64,000 nucleotides of DNA from NCBI GenBank assembly GCA_051294375.1, contig CM119271.1, positions 7,802,162 through 7,866,161 on the forward strand, given 5' to 3'. Origin of the DNA: Paraspadella gotoi. Taxonomy: Eukaryota > Animalia > Chaetognatha. The notes below the pieces were generated by a model. It was not told where the DNA came from. It saw nothing but the letters and a program-made list of their open reading frames with translations, and searched no databases. How positions within the stretch are numbered: position 1 is the stretch's first letter; the number at the start of each line of letters is the position of its first letter. Positions 1 to 12,693 of this stretch are shown here, piece after piece. The position numbers and the translations under genes were made by a program.

Positions 1-253
1 ATGTCTCATTAGCGAATAGCGTCGGCGGCGATGACGATGCCGCCGCCGCCGCCGCCGACGCTGCCGCCGCCGGCATCTGCGGCATCGGCATCGGAGAAAT
101 CGAGGATGCCGACCCGTGGCGCCGCCAATTTATGATGAGGATGATGATGACGACGACGACAAATAAGACGACGATGACGACGATGACGACGACTCCACTC
201 ATAGTGATGAAGGTAATTTGATCCCCTTACGCCTCGTTGAAACCACGTCGTCG

Positions 254-285
<32 letters not shown>

Positions 286-305
286 GTTGACGATATTATT
301 TTTTC
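1..305 (-). CDS. Candidate exon following FN3-1 (frame ambiguous: TM segment or linker / FN3-2 start)
   Basis: atacag acceptor ending at 306; GC-rich trinucleotide-repeat sequence; phase-1 start gives GKNNIVND(n); another frame gives TFITMSGVVVIVVIVVLFVVVVIIILIINWRRH, open to the window edge. Confidence 0.35.
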
Positions 306-796
306 CTGTATAACTTAATCTTGAGTAGTAATAACAACAACCAAAACAACGTGAACTAAAGGAGTGAGAAGGATGACGACAAAAAGAAGGGAGTGTGAGA
401 AGAAGAGTTAGAGAGAGAGTGGGAGCGAGGGGGAGAAATAAGAGAGAGAGTTGGAGAAAGAGAGAGAGAGAGAAAGAAAGAAAGAAAGAAAAANNNNNNN
501 NNNNNNNNNNNNNNNNNNNNNNNNNNNNNNNNNNNNNNNNNNNNNNNNNNNNNNNNNNNNNNNNNNNNNNNNNNNNNNNNNNNNNNNNNNNNNNNNNNNN
601 NNNNNNNNNNNNNNNNNNNNNNNNNNNNNNNNNNNNNNNNNNNNNNNNNNNNNNNNNNNNNNNNNNNNNNNNNNNNNNNNNNNNNNNNNNNNNNNNNNNN
701 NNNNNNNNNNNNNNNNNNNNNNNNAGAATGAATGAAAAGAATGAGAGAAAGAAAGAAAGAAATAAATAGAGAAAGAAAGAAAGAGAGAGAGAGAGC

Positions 797-844
<48 letters not shown>

Positions 845-1691
845 AAAAAAAAGAAAGAAACAGAGAAACAAAAATAAAGAAACAAAGATAGAAAGAGTGA
901 TAGAGAAAGATACGGGAAGACAGACGGACAGAACAAAATTCTTATTCCAATTCGAAATTTCGGTTCTATAACCAACGTCACCTATTTCCCCACCCCCACA
1001 TCATCTGTTCTCCCCCAATTTTCATTCTAATTCCACCTCATCTGTTTTCCTTCTGTTTATCGTCTCCTTCTACACCCCACTCTTTATCACCAAGTCTTCC
1101 ACACCCCAATATCCCCGCAACACCACCGTTATTCTTTTTGGATTCTCGATTAAATTTCATCCTCGACTTTTTTACTTTTTATTCCAATTGAAAACGAACT
1201 TAGTTTGTTTTATTTTTACGTCGGGAAGATGAAACTGAACGAGGTTGTTGTTATCGTTATATAAAAATTGGAATAGTTAATCATGAACAATCTTGGACTA
1301 AAGAACATTGATATATAAAAAAAAAAATTAAAAATTTAAAAGATAGCCAAAAAATCAAAAAACTATATTTTTTACACTAAACTTTAATTATAGGTTAATT
1401 ATAATAGTAACGAATTCGAATCTGCTAACAAAAATAAGAAAAAAACCATTTTAAAAAAATATGGGCGTATGCGAAAATTAAACTAAAAATCATTTTTTTT
1501 ATTTAAAAATGTTCACAAGCCTGTTCGCGATCTACTATTCGAATTTTGATTCTACTTGATTTTAATATTTTTGCTACGCTTTAATATATATATAAATGTA
1601 ACGACTCCGAAGCATTCTAACCCTTATCTCTAATCTAGTCTTTAACCCTAAAAAAACTAACTTTATTGCGCATTTAAGATTAAATGGGGCG

Positions 1692-1743
<52 letters not shown>

Positions 1744-1802
1744 TACAAATTCGACACTGTGACTCGTCACCCCACAACCAATAACTCGAGCAACGAACTC
1801 AC

Positions 1803-1981
1803 CCTTAGTCCGCGTGTAAACGACTTGAGAGAAATTTCCTTTTCCCTGACGATCGATGGCGCGAACGGAAAACTCGTAGGACGCGTCGGGAAGGAGACCG
1901 TCGACGACGAACTCCGTGGCGCCTGTGGGCGTGACCGGAACCGTTCGCCACGCGGAAGAGGCGCCGTGGGTGCGTTTGAAC
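1803..1981 (-). CDS. tutl: FN3-1 C-half exon
   Basis: cccag|G-FKRTHGASSAWRTVPVTPTGATEFVVDGLLPDASYEFSVRAIDRQGKGNFSQVVYTRTK-G|gtgagt; classic FN3 L.P...Y.F.V.A motif; 179 nt, phases 2/1. Confidence 0.92.
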
Positions 1982-2042
1982 CTGGGTTGGAGGGAGAGTG
2001 AGCGAGTTTGGTTGAATNNNNNNNNNNNNNNNNNNNNNNNNN

Positions 2043-3600
2043 GATGCGGTGTGAGGAATAACAATCTGAAACTTTGTGATGACACATTTGTTCGTGAATT
2101 AAACGGGGTTGAAACTAGAAAATGGAGAGATGTTGCAAGAATATAGGCGTTATCACAATATGTACACTTGGTACAGTAGTATCGTTGTAGTCTGTATGTA
2201 TGTATGTTTTGTATGTATATATGTATGTATGTTGTATGTTGTACATTGTACGTTAAACCTATTTTCGTCGTCGAATATTTCTTTTTTTTGACAAAAATTA
2301 AATTTGGTTCCCAGTGCGTGCCTCAGTTGTCAGTGGCTAGGATGCCACGCGCCTTGCGCTAATCTTACTCGTTAACTTCGTTGCCATAGGTTGTTTCTTG
2401 TCGGATTACGTTACCCAGAGCTCTGTTCACCTCACCCGTCGCCATATTTAAGCCCTTACCTTTACGTCCCGCATCCTTTACAGATTCCTCGCATCACGAC
2501 GGCGCCTCCAAGTTTCACCAGTGATGAGGGAGATTCCACTAGGATCAACGTGCTCGCCGTCGGAGATACCGCGCCCACGTCACCTGGAGGGGTAAGTCGT
2601 GGGTCGGAAAAAGGAGGGTGTGGGGTTAATTCAATTAGGAAGATTTAAAGTTTAAAAGTATAGTCTATTGTATCCGTATTCGTGAAGGTTAATAGTCGGA
2701 AGTTGGTCCCGCTTCCCATGATAATTATTTTACTTACAATAATTTTTCTAAGTGAGGGACCGAGGTAAGTTCCAGTTTGACACGTTTTCAGGTTGTACGA
2801 GATAAGGTCCGTTAGTTTTTATTTTTGTTCGCTGTTGTTTTTCGCTAGAAAAAAATAGTATAAATCATGAATTTTAAATTAAAATTTTTTGGCTTATGCC
2901 ACCAAAAAGTGTCATGCTTATAGGCGAGGTGAACTTATGTAAGCGACTACATGACGGATCGAGAAACGCTAACGCATTCAAATCGACATCACGTTTCTTC
3001 TGATTCGCATTCCCGAAGGAGAACTCACCTTTTTGAGAGGAGAAAGGTGAGCCGCTTTTTACGTGAATGAATCTCACTTACTTTTTTGTGAGGAAAGAAA
3101 AATTCGCGAGGCTCATTGAAGGTTCGGCTTTTTTTATGGTTAGGTTTTTTTTTATTTTCTTTTTCTTTATTTCATTTCAATCTGTTTGTATTGATTCGGA
3201 CGAAGAGAAATAAAAAAAAAAAATACCCCATCAGTACGTTAGCCCTCTTTGGAGCTTTTTTTTTCTCGATTTTGTTAAGTTCATAAAAACTAAACATTTC
3301 TTTTTTTAAAAAAAAAATTTGAAGAAAAAAATTGGGAAGAAAAAGAGGTGAGAGAAATGAGATGCGTCCTTTGGTTATTTGCATTCCTTTTCGGTTTTTT
3401 TATTCTACGATAAAAAACTTAGAGGAAAGACCCGGATGTCATGCATTTCTTGATCTTTTTGTTTTGCTAACAGTTAATTGTTAACTGCTTTGCAGGGATG
3501 TTAACAAAACGTGAAGCGCGCGTCTGCAAAAAATTTTGTTCACTCGAAGCGTAAGCTGCTTTTGTTGTTGTAGCCTAAGCTCCTTTTTATTCTCTCTCTC
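2043..3600. repeat. ~1.55 kb inverted duplication of ~7340-8952
   Basis: Reverse-complement colinearity throughout (e.g. aacaatctgaaactttgtgat; gcgcgtctgcaaaaaa); starts at a 25-N gap and ends in (CT)n. Confidence 0.9.
2484..2591 (+). pseudogene. Inverted, frameshifted copy of the Ig5 N-half exon (probably assembly artefact)
   Basis: PRITTAPP..EGDSTRIN..AVGD with gtaagt donor; lies in the inverted duplication of 7.3-8.95 kb. Confidence 0.75.
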
Positions 3601-5555
3601 TCTCTCTCTCTCTCCTCCTTCTCTTCTCTCTCTCTCTCCTCTCTCTCTTCCTTCTCTCTCTCTCTTTTCTATTTTCAGGTTCTTTGCTTGTGACACAACC
3701 CTATTTTCAAATTCCAATTTTTCTTTTGTTTTGGAAGAAAAAGGATGAAAAAAAGTTGATGGACGGAAAAACAGAAAAAGTAGATTTGAGAAAAGAAGAT
3801 TTTTTTTTTCGTGGGAGGGGGGAATACTTGCGTTGAGGAAAATAATAAGATTTAGAAGAAAACAGTTATGGCAAAGAATAGAATTAAATAAAAAGCTTTT
3901 TTATTTAATTATTTTTATTCTTACTTTATTGCCATCAAACGGTTTTATTAAGGAAATTGTTTTCCCTCTCGAATAAAAATAAAAACGTAAAAGAAGTCGA
4001 GAAAACAATATTCTCTGATACAATAACTACTACATAAAATAAAATAATTTAAAAAAAAAAAAGACAAATGTGACCAGATATGAAAGAAAAAGATAATGAA
4101 AAGAAAATAAAGAGAAAAATAGAATCGAAGATGGAAAGAAAATATAGACGTAAGCAAATTAAATATATAAATATTAAAAAAAATTATGAACATAAATAAA
4201 AAAACTACAAGGTGTCCGATATACTAAATGAGAAATCCTCAGATGTGCTAAATTAAACACAACATGAGGACGAAAGAAAAGAAAAGAAGACGATAGAAGA
4301 AAAAGAAAAGAAAGATAATGTAACCGGTAACGACGTTAATAAAGAAAGAAAGAAAAAAAGAAAGCGAGAAAGAAAGAAGACGCATAGAAAACCCAAAAAA
4401 AGCCAAAAAAAAAAAAAAGAGAATGAGACGAAATAAAAGGAAATGAGGCTCTCGTTCTCGTAATCGGAAATTAAGCAGAGAAAACGAACGAGAAAGAAGC
4501 GAAGAGAGAATTCTTATATCGCGATCCAACGCCGGCCGACGCCAGGCGACGCCCGTCGACGCCGGCCGACGCCCGTGACGGCTCAACGGTTACGGAATAC
4601 GGTCGCGAAGCTTTATGACGCGAGACGGCGTCGTTACTTCCGTCGGAACGAAGGGGACGTTATGGTTTAAAACTCGATTCATAAAACTAATCCTTGCTCG
4701 ACCTTACCCCGAAACCTTACTCGATGCGGGGGAAATTTCGTCGAGAGTCTTTGACGAAGGTTTTTGAATAACGCTGTAACCGATTAGCCCTTGCTCCCAC
4801 ACTCTCGAATACGAAGGCTCCTTAGAGATTAAAGCTCTCCACCCCCCTCAAAAAATAAGACGATTATATCCATCTTATGCTAGTTCCTTACCCCATTGTT
4901 TGTCGATGCAGTAAACCATAATATATAGATTATTCACCCCTGTGAGCCAGAAATATTCCTTTTGAGGAGGTGGTAAAGATCAATATAGTATAATAGTCTT
5001 ATATATACATATCCAAAGAAAAAAGAGAATGAGTTACACCCAGTAAGTTTGGCTAATCGCTGTATATAAACTACCTTGTGGGGAAAAATACTCAACACGA
5101 TTCGTCCCGAACGCGCGACCCGAGGGCATAGAAAATACACAAATACTTCTACACCCTTAGGGAAATTCCTGCTTAACTTACTAACTCTTTGTCATTTCTC
5201 TACTTTTGTTTTATTTTAACCGATTTACTTTATTATTATTTAATTTTATATAATAAATATATAATGTATATAAATTATATTTAATATTAATATAATATAA
5301 TTTAATATATGAATCCCTTACATCAATATAACTCACATCTTACCTTACCTCTATGTCTGCTCTCAGAAACTTACCCCTTTCTAATTTAACCCCATGAAAA
5401 CTCACCAGAAGTCCCTGCCCCTCCAACCCCAAAACTTACCCCGCAACGATGTACCACTGCCTCCTTAAACTAACCGGATTTCCCTCAGCGTCAAATTCTC
5501 CCCCCTATTTTTTTATCAATACCAATATACACCGCCGCCCCTGCATAGGACTCAC

Positions 5556-5690
5556 CAGATTTCGCTCTGTAGCGCATCTCTGCGACTGAAGGCCGGAAGC
5601 CACGAGAGACGCGCAGCGAAATAAGGCCCGAGTGACCGAGTCGGCACGTTGCGCGGTCGCGATCGGTAAAGAGGCGTATGCGCGGCGTGT
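5556..5690 (-). CDS. tutl: FN3-1 N-half exon (noisy; 5' boundary approximate)
   Basis: PRNV..LGPYFAARLSWLPAFS..LQSEI-TG|gtgagt; the phase-2 end completes Trp with the first G of the 1981 exon. Confidence 0.75.
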
Positions 5691-6629
5691 GAGGTAAGCG
5701 GGAAGAGGAGAGTTATGGGAAAAAGAAGGCAAGATGGCAGGAAAAGTGTAGTGGGGTAGGTCTTGATGAGAGGGGAGAGGGACGACAAGAGAGAGATCGA
5801 CCGGAGGGACCCAGATCCATCGAATGAATGATAGACGAGAGAGAGAGAAGGTAGACGGTTAAGCTCTCAGATTGATGCTTCATGATCGGTGATCAGCAAG
5901 CGCGAGCGAAGTGCGACTTCTGAGATACACTCTGAGAGACGGACAAAGATGAGAGAGAGAGAGAGAGAGAAGAATAGAGAGAGAGAGAAGAGAGAATATT
6001 CCTCCGGCTAAAAGGTGAGTCTAAGGGACCATACAAACGAATTGATTAAGGATCCCTTAGACTCTTCCCTCCTATTTAATGCTCTAATCAGTTTTCCTCG
6101 GCTACGCCAATCGGAGAAAAGCGGCGGAACTGTTAGGATCGCTGCGAGCGATAGAGTCAGGTACGAGGAGCAGAGTTCGGCGTGTGCAGCCATACAAGAA
6201 GAGATGTGAATTGATGACAATCGAGAGAGATCGAGAAGTAGATGAGATCTGACTGAGCAGATCTCGGATGTAGTAGATGATACGATGAATGAGCGAATAT
6301 TACTGTCGAAAAAGTGATGACAAGTAACGGCGCCCACCGGATACGATAGGCGTCTATTGATAGAATCCGGAACCGTGATTACAAGAAAAGGGATGAAGAC
6401 TGTTGCGCGTTGCGTATTTTCCAACTATCTGTTCTTCGCGTGGAATAGTGTTCATTTACTCTTTTACCCATTCGTTTATTTAATTATTTATTAATATATT
6501 ATTTTGCTTTTTTGTTCAAAATATAGCCTCGACTCCTAAGAACGATTTAGCTAAACAAAACTAACAAACTAAAATCAAAGCATAAAAAAAACAAAACAAA
6601 ACAAACCCAAAACAACAGCGCCCTCTTAC

Positions 6630-6783
6630 TCTCGACGATGATCCGCGTGGCGGCGGCGACGGTCATGACGTCGTTCTCGGCGACGCACTCGAAGATCCCG
6701 CCGTCGCCTCGACGAATGTCGCGCATCTCCAACGCTCCGTCGACGACCCGTGCTCGATCGGGCGGCAACCGTCCGCGGGGCAC
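6630..6783 (-). CDS. tutl: Ig5 C-half exon
   Basis: 154 nt, phases 0/1: VPRGRLPPDRARVVDGALEMRDIRRGDGGIFECVAENDVMTVAAATRIIVE-A|gtaag. Confidence 0.92.
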
Positions 6784-7135
6784 CTTTTTTTTGGGAGAAG
6801 GGGGGGAGAAAGGATGGAGAGGGGGGCATTTGGAATAGATTAGAGAATTAGAATAGGATTAGAATAGGATTAGGAAAATATATGAGGTTTGTTATAAAGA
6901 TCTCTATATTTAATCGTCATATCTACGTTATATATCATTCTCAAATAGGATTATTTAACACCACCAGAAATTTTTGTATTTTCAGTGAGAGTCGACGTCT
7001 GATGAAAGAATCAATTTTTATTTTCCTTAAAAAATTGTCAACTTTAAAAAAAAAAATCGCTCTCTCCATGAGAAGTAGAAAAAAAATCATATTCCGGTTG
7101 AGGAACTAGCGATTACGGGCGGACGAAAATTCAAT

Positions 7136-7174
<39 letters not shown>

Positions 7175-7295
7175 GCGCGCATTAGTGAAATATAGATGTT
7201 ACCCCCATTTCTCGCCACAGTAATACGCCCCCTGCTTCGAAAGAAACCTTCCTTTTTCTTTTGAAAATTGATAAAACGACCTTCTTTTAAAAAAT

Positions 7296-7369
<74 letters not shown>

Positions 7370-8388
7370 AAAGGAGCTTAGGGCTATCAACAGACAAAAG
7401 CAGCTTACGCGTTCGAGTGGAACAAAATTTTTTTTGCAGACGCGCGCTTCACGTTTTGTTAACATCCCTGCAATAGCAGTTTAACAATTAACTGTTATCT
7501 AAATGACAACAAAAGATCAAGAAATGCATGACATCCGGGTCTTCTCTAAGTTTTTTTATCGTAGAATTAAAAAAACCGAAAAGGAATGCAATACCAAGAG
7601 GACGCATCTCATTTCTTCTCCCTCTTTTTCTTCCCAATTTTTTTTTCTTCAAATTTTTTTTTTTTTTAAAAAAGAAGATTTTTTAGTTTTTTATGAAAAC
7701 TTTACAAAATCGAGAAAAAAAAGCTCCAAAGAGGCTACGTACCTGAGTGGGTGATTTTTTTTTTTATTTCTTCGTCTTCGAATTCAATACAAAACAAGAT
7801 TGAAAATGTAAATAAAAGAAAAAAGAAAAAAAAAAAAACCTAACGCATAAAAAAAAGCCAACCTTCCATGAGCCTCGGCGATTTTTTTTTCCTCACAAAA
7901 AAAAGTAAGTGAGATTCATTCACGTAAAAAAAGCCGGCTCACACTTTTTTCTCTCTCTAAAAAGGTGAGTTTCTCCTTCGGGAATCGAATCAGAAAAAGT
8001 GATGTCGATTTGATGCGTTAGCGTTTTTCTCGAGTCGTCATGTAGTCGGGCATTACATAAGTTCACCTCGCCTATAAGCATGACACTTTTTGTGGCATAA
8101 GCCAAAAATTTTATTTAAAATTCATATTTATACTATTTTTTTTCAGCGAAAACAACAGCGACAAGAATAAAAACTACGACCTTTCTACGTACAACCTGAA
8201 AACGTGTCAATTCTTGAACTTACCTCGGTCCCTCACTTAGAAAATTATTGTAATTAAAATAATTATCATGGAACGGGACACTTCCGACTATTAACCTTCA
8301 CAATACGATACAATAGACTATACTTTTAAACTTTAAATCTTCCTATTGACATTTAACCCACACCTCCTTTTCCGACCCACGAACTTAC

Positions 8389-8504
8389 CCTCTTCCAGGT
8401 GACGTTGGGCCGCGGATCTCCGACGGCTGAGCAGTTGATCCTCGTGGAATCTCCCTCCATCACCTGGTGAAACTTTGGAGGCGCCGTCGTGATGCGAGGG
8501 GGAT
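8389..8504 (-). CDS. tutl: Ig5 N-half exon
   Basis: ctacag|(D)PPRITTAPPKFHQVMEGDSTRINCSAVGDPRPNVTWKR|gtaagt; 116 nt, phases 1/0. Confidence 0.92.
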
Positions 8505-8746
8505 CTGTAGAAGGATGGGGGACGAAAGGGTAGGGCTTAAGTATGGCGACGGGTGAGGTGAACAGAGCTCTGGGTAAGTAATTCTCACAAGAAAAACCTA
8601 TGGCAACGAAGTTAACGAGTAAGATTGCGCAAGGCGCGTGGCATCTAGCCAGCTGACACTGAGGCACGAACTGGGAACCTCAATTTTTAATTTTTTTGGT
8701 CAAAATTAAAGAAAATTCGACGACGAAAATAGGTTTACGTACAATG

Positions 8747-8780
<34 letters not shown>

Positions 8781-9244
8781 CATACATACATACATACATA
8801 CATACATACATACTGTACAAGTGTACATATTTTGTGAATAATCGCCTATATTCTTGTCAACATTCTTTCCAGCTTCTTCTATTTGTTCTACCCGTTTATC
8901 ACGAACGAATGTGTATCACAAAGTTTCAGATTGTTATTTTCTCACACGCATCGCGTCGCACACACACACACACACCCAAACTCCGAGTTCGTTCCCCTTT
9001 TTTCCATCGCTCCACGCCTCTTCCCGCTTTTTGCCCTCTCTCTGCTAATTTTGAATAATGAAAAGGGTTTATGTCGCGGAAAAAGAGGAAGGAAAAAGGG
9101 AAATAAAAAAAAGGAAAATAAAAAAAAGGAGGGAAAATTGAGGAGAGAGAAAAAAAGAGGAAATAAGCGAAGTCCGTGAAATATTCACTTTTTTGATGCG
9201 AGGAAGATGGAAGCGTCCGTAGGGGGACGCGAAGGTGAAGACTC

Positions 9245-9304
<60 letters not shown>

Positions 9305-9376
9305 TCTCTCTCTCTCTCTCTTCTCTCTCTTCTCCCTGTGTTTTGCAATCTCTGTCTCACACCTGGGATCGCCCGG

Positions 9377-9426
<50 letters not shown>

Positions 9427-12400
9427 GCGTCGACTCTCACGATATTTTTGTTCACTCGCGTTCATTTTTGCTCGATGCTTTTGTCACTTTCTAGAATTCC
9501 GACTGAAGTCGTTCACAGATTTCGTCCCAAACATTATGTCACTCCTTCAGAAAATGCTTTTTTTTTTACTTCATCACACTCGCACTTTTTTTACATCAAA
9601 AACTAAAGTTCCACGTCCGGATGTAATATTATTCCCTAATTTTGTCATTTTATTCCGTATGTTAGCAACGTAGCAAAGCAGGATATTCTTAACCTCATCC
9701 AATGTCTTCCGCATACAAAGCTTCGCTCTACATTCTATTCTTTTGTCGTCCTCATGTCCGCTTTAAGCACCCCTGATGTAATAACATTCTTTACATCTTC
9801 ATCCGTCCTCTGTACATGATCCCTCACACCCCCCCCAAAAAAAATTCCCCCGCGCTCGAGATATAAAGTATGAATCTCGTTTCTCCTCAATTATGCTCAA
9901 CATTTCAACTCTTGACTTTTGTCGAGCTTCGATTAATTATGCAACCGACGGCGACGCGTCGTTTATGACGTTTCGTCTCTCGCCACCAACAAAAAAAAAA
10001 GGAAAAAACTTTCGCGCCTTCTGGGGTAAAATGGCGGACGAAAAAAACTTTGCCGTTCGATGTTGCTGACGCTAACCGGGCTGAACGCGAGTCGGAAAGC
10101 AAATTGACTGGAGGCAGAATGCGTGGAGAAGGCGTGAAATATTTACGCGGAATGCGAGCGGAAAATACAAGGCCAGCGGGGCTCTAGGGTTCACAGTTTT
10201 TTTTTAACGATTTGTGATAAAAACGCAAACTCAATCGTCCGACAAACATGAATCGAATTATCATCAACCCGTTATTTAGCAATATAATCGCAAACCGGCT
10301 TCTCTTTCTCTTAAAATATAAAAAAAAAAAGATAATTGTAGTAATAATTAGCAGCACTGATGGCGCCGGAGTCGGCAGTCTCTTCTCCCAACCCGAACGA
10401 CTCGTCATCGTGCCTTGCTGACAACTGACAACTGACAACTGACAAGTCGTCTCACCCACCTGAAGTGCGACAGTCGACAGTCCGATCTGAACTTCGGACC
10501 GGACTCGCGAGATCGTCTTCCACAATTTTTTTAGGTTCATCAAAATCTTCTCTCTCCTTTTTCCTTTCCTTTCCTTTCCTTTCAATTACTTTCCTTTACT
10601 TTCAATTCCTTTCCTTTCCTTTCCTTTCCTTTCCTTTCCTTTCCTTTCCTTTCCTTTCCATTCCATTATTTACTTTACTACTTTACTTTACTTTCTCTTT
10701 CAATTACTTTCCTTTACTTTCAATTGCTTTGCTTTGGGCTTTTCTTTGCTTTGCTTGTTACCCAGGTTTGCCCTTGGCGACCTTCTCCCCCCCCATCACT
10801 TTCCCACAAAAGCCAACGTTCGACCCACATCCTACTCCAGATCTTACACCTTCGCTTAAACACATTCCGCCCAAACATTTCCACCTCCAACCCCACTTCC
10901 CAACCCTCCCTCCATCCCCCGACCATCACTTCACCCTGCTCTTTTCTTCGGTCGCTCGTTTTCGACCTTTCCAAGGAACCAAAAACTGACATCTGGAAAC
11001 ACCATTACTACGATTCCTCGGTGCCGCTCCAATCCTGCGCCGGCGGCGCGGGCGCGGGCGGCGGCGGCAGCGGCGATGTTTATCGAAAAAAAAAAGAAAA
11101 AAAAAAAGGCGGTATATCGAAATATATGAAAATTTGTCTGCGGAAATGACGGAGGCGTCGGCGACGGCGACGGCGACGGCGACGGAGTAGTCGAGGGGGC
11201 GACGGCGAAGACGAAGACGGACGGCTAGGGCGAAGGCGAAGGCTAAGACGATTTCAAAGAGACGATGACAATGGCGAAGGCGAAAAGGTTCATTAAAAGG
11301 GGGGAAGGTAAAGGGATGCACATTTTACAGTGTCAATTGGCTGAAGATTAAAAAAAAAAGAAATTAAGATGAAGAAGAACGAGGTCATTCACGATGGGAT
11401 ATAAAGGGTTAATCTTACCGACCACTACGTTTCGCAAAGTACAAAGACTTCGTCGTCGTCTTCGTCTTCGTCGTCGTCGTCGTCGTTTTGAATCATTCGA
11501 GTTTCCAAAAAGGGAATGTAAAAGGCACAGACAATGACAATCACTTTCGCTAAAGATTAACTCGATATATGAAGCCGATTTTTAATTCTCATAACTCCCA
11601 ATCGTANNNNNNNNNNNNNNNNNNNNNNNNNNNNNNNNNNNNNNNNNNNNNNNNNNNNNNNNNNNNNNNNNNNNNNNNNNNNNNNNNNNNNNNNNNNNNN
11701 NNNNNNNNNNNNNNNNNNNNNNNNNNNNNNNNNNNNNNNNNNNNNNNNNNNNNNNNNNNNNNNNNNNNNNNNNNNNNNNNNNNNNNNNNNNNNNNNNNNN
11801 NNNNNNNNNNNNNNNNNNNNNNNNNNNNNNNNNNNNNNNNNNNNNNNNNNNNNNNNNNNNNNNNNNNNNNNNNNNNNNNNNNNNNNNNNNNATAACCGTT
11901 AACAGTTAACGGTTATCGGAACACTAGTATTGACTCGATTCTTTACGAAGTACAGTTTTGTACAGACATTTCACGCACTCGATTTGAATATATATATATT
12001 ATATTAAATATATTATATTATATATTATTTTGAGACGGATGAATCCGTGTCGGTGTTTTAACAAAATTACGTAACTCTTAGTTTCTTTTAAAAAAAGTTT
12101 AGATTCTCCACCTTTTANNNNNNNNNNNNNNNNNNNNNNNNNNNNNNNNNNNNNNNNNNNNNNNNNNNNNNNNNNNNNNNNNNNNNNNNNNNNNNNNNNN
12201 NNNNNNNNNNNNNNNNNNNNNNNNNNNNNNNNNNNNNNNNNNNNNNNNNNNNNNNNNNNNNNNNNNNNNNNNNNNNNNNNNNNNNNNNNNNNNNNNNNNN
12301 NNNNNNNNNNNNNNNNNNNNNNNNNNNNNNNNNNNNNNNNNNNNNNNNNNNNNNNNNNNNNNNNNNNNNNNNNNNNNNNNNNNNNACAACAACAAAAATA

Positions 12401-12693
12401 AGGTTATTAGAGCGAGGGAGCGCAGCGAAGTTTGATTAAAGCAGACAATTTTATTTCCAAGCTTTATTAGTTATTAATCAAGACTGGAGTAAATAAATAA
12501 AACTAAATACGACGAAGAAATAATTAACAATTAATTTTCGAGTGTTTATGCAAAAGGAGCGTGAGAAAAGACGCCGTTTTAAAGTCGGAAATGAGTAAAT
12601 ATTTACACAAGCACGAGCGCATGCGTAAACGCACGCAATACGGGCTATTAGCCTTTCCACGTTCGCACNNNNNNNNNNNNNNNNNNNNNNNNN

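Noticed and set aside
199-981. Long ORFs rich in SLSLSL / RERERE / X (here and throughout, e.g. 8926-9465, 40541-41243, 42161-42896, 46544-47050)
   Set aside because: Translations of (AG)n/(CT)n tracts or N-gaps; no coding signal.
5790-6430. 138-aa ORF and GATC/AGAG-rich segment
   Set aside because: Looks like a low-quality read through an AG-rich intron; no recognisable motif.
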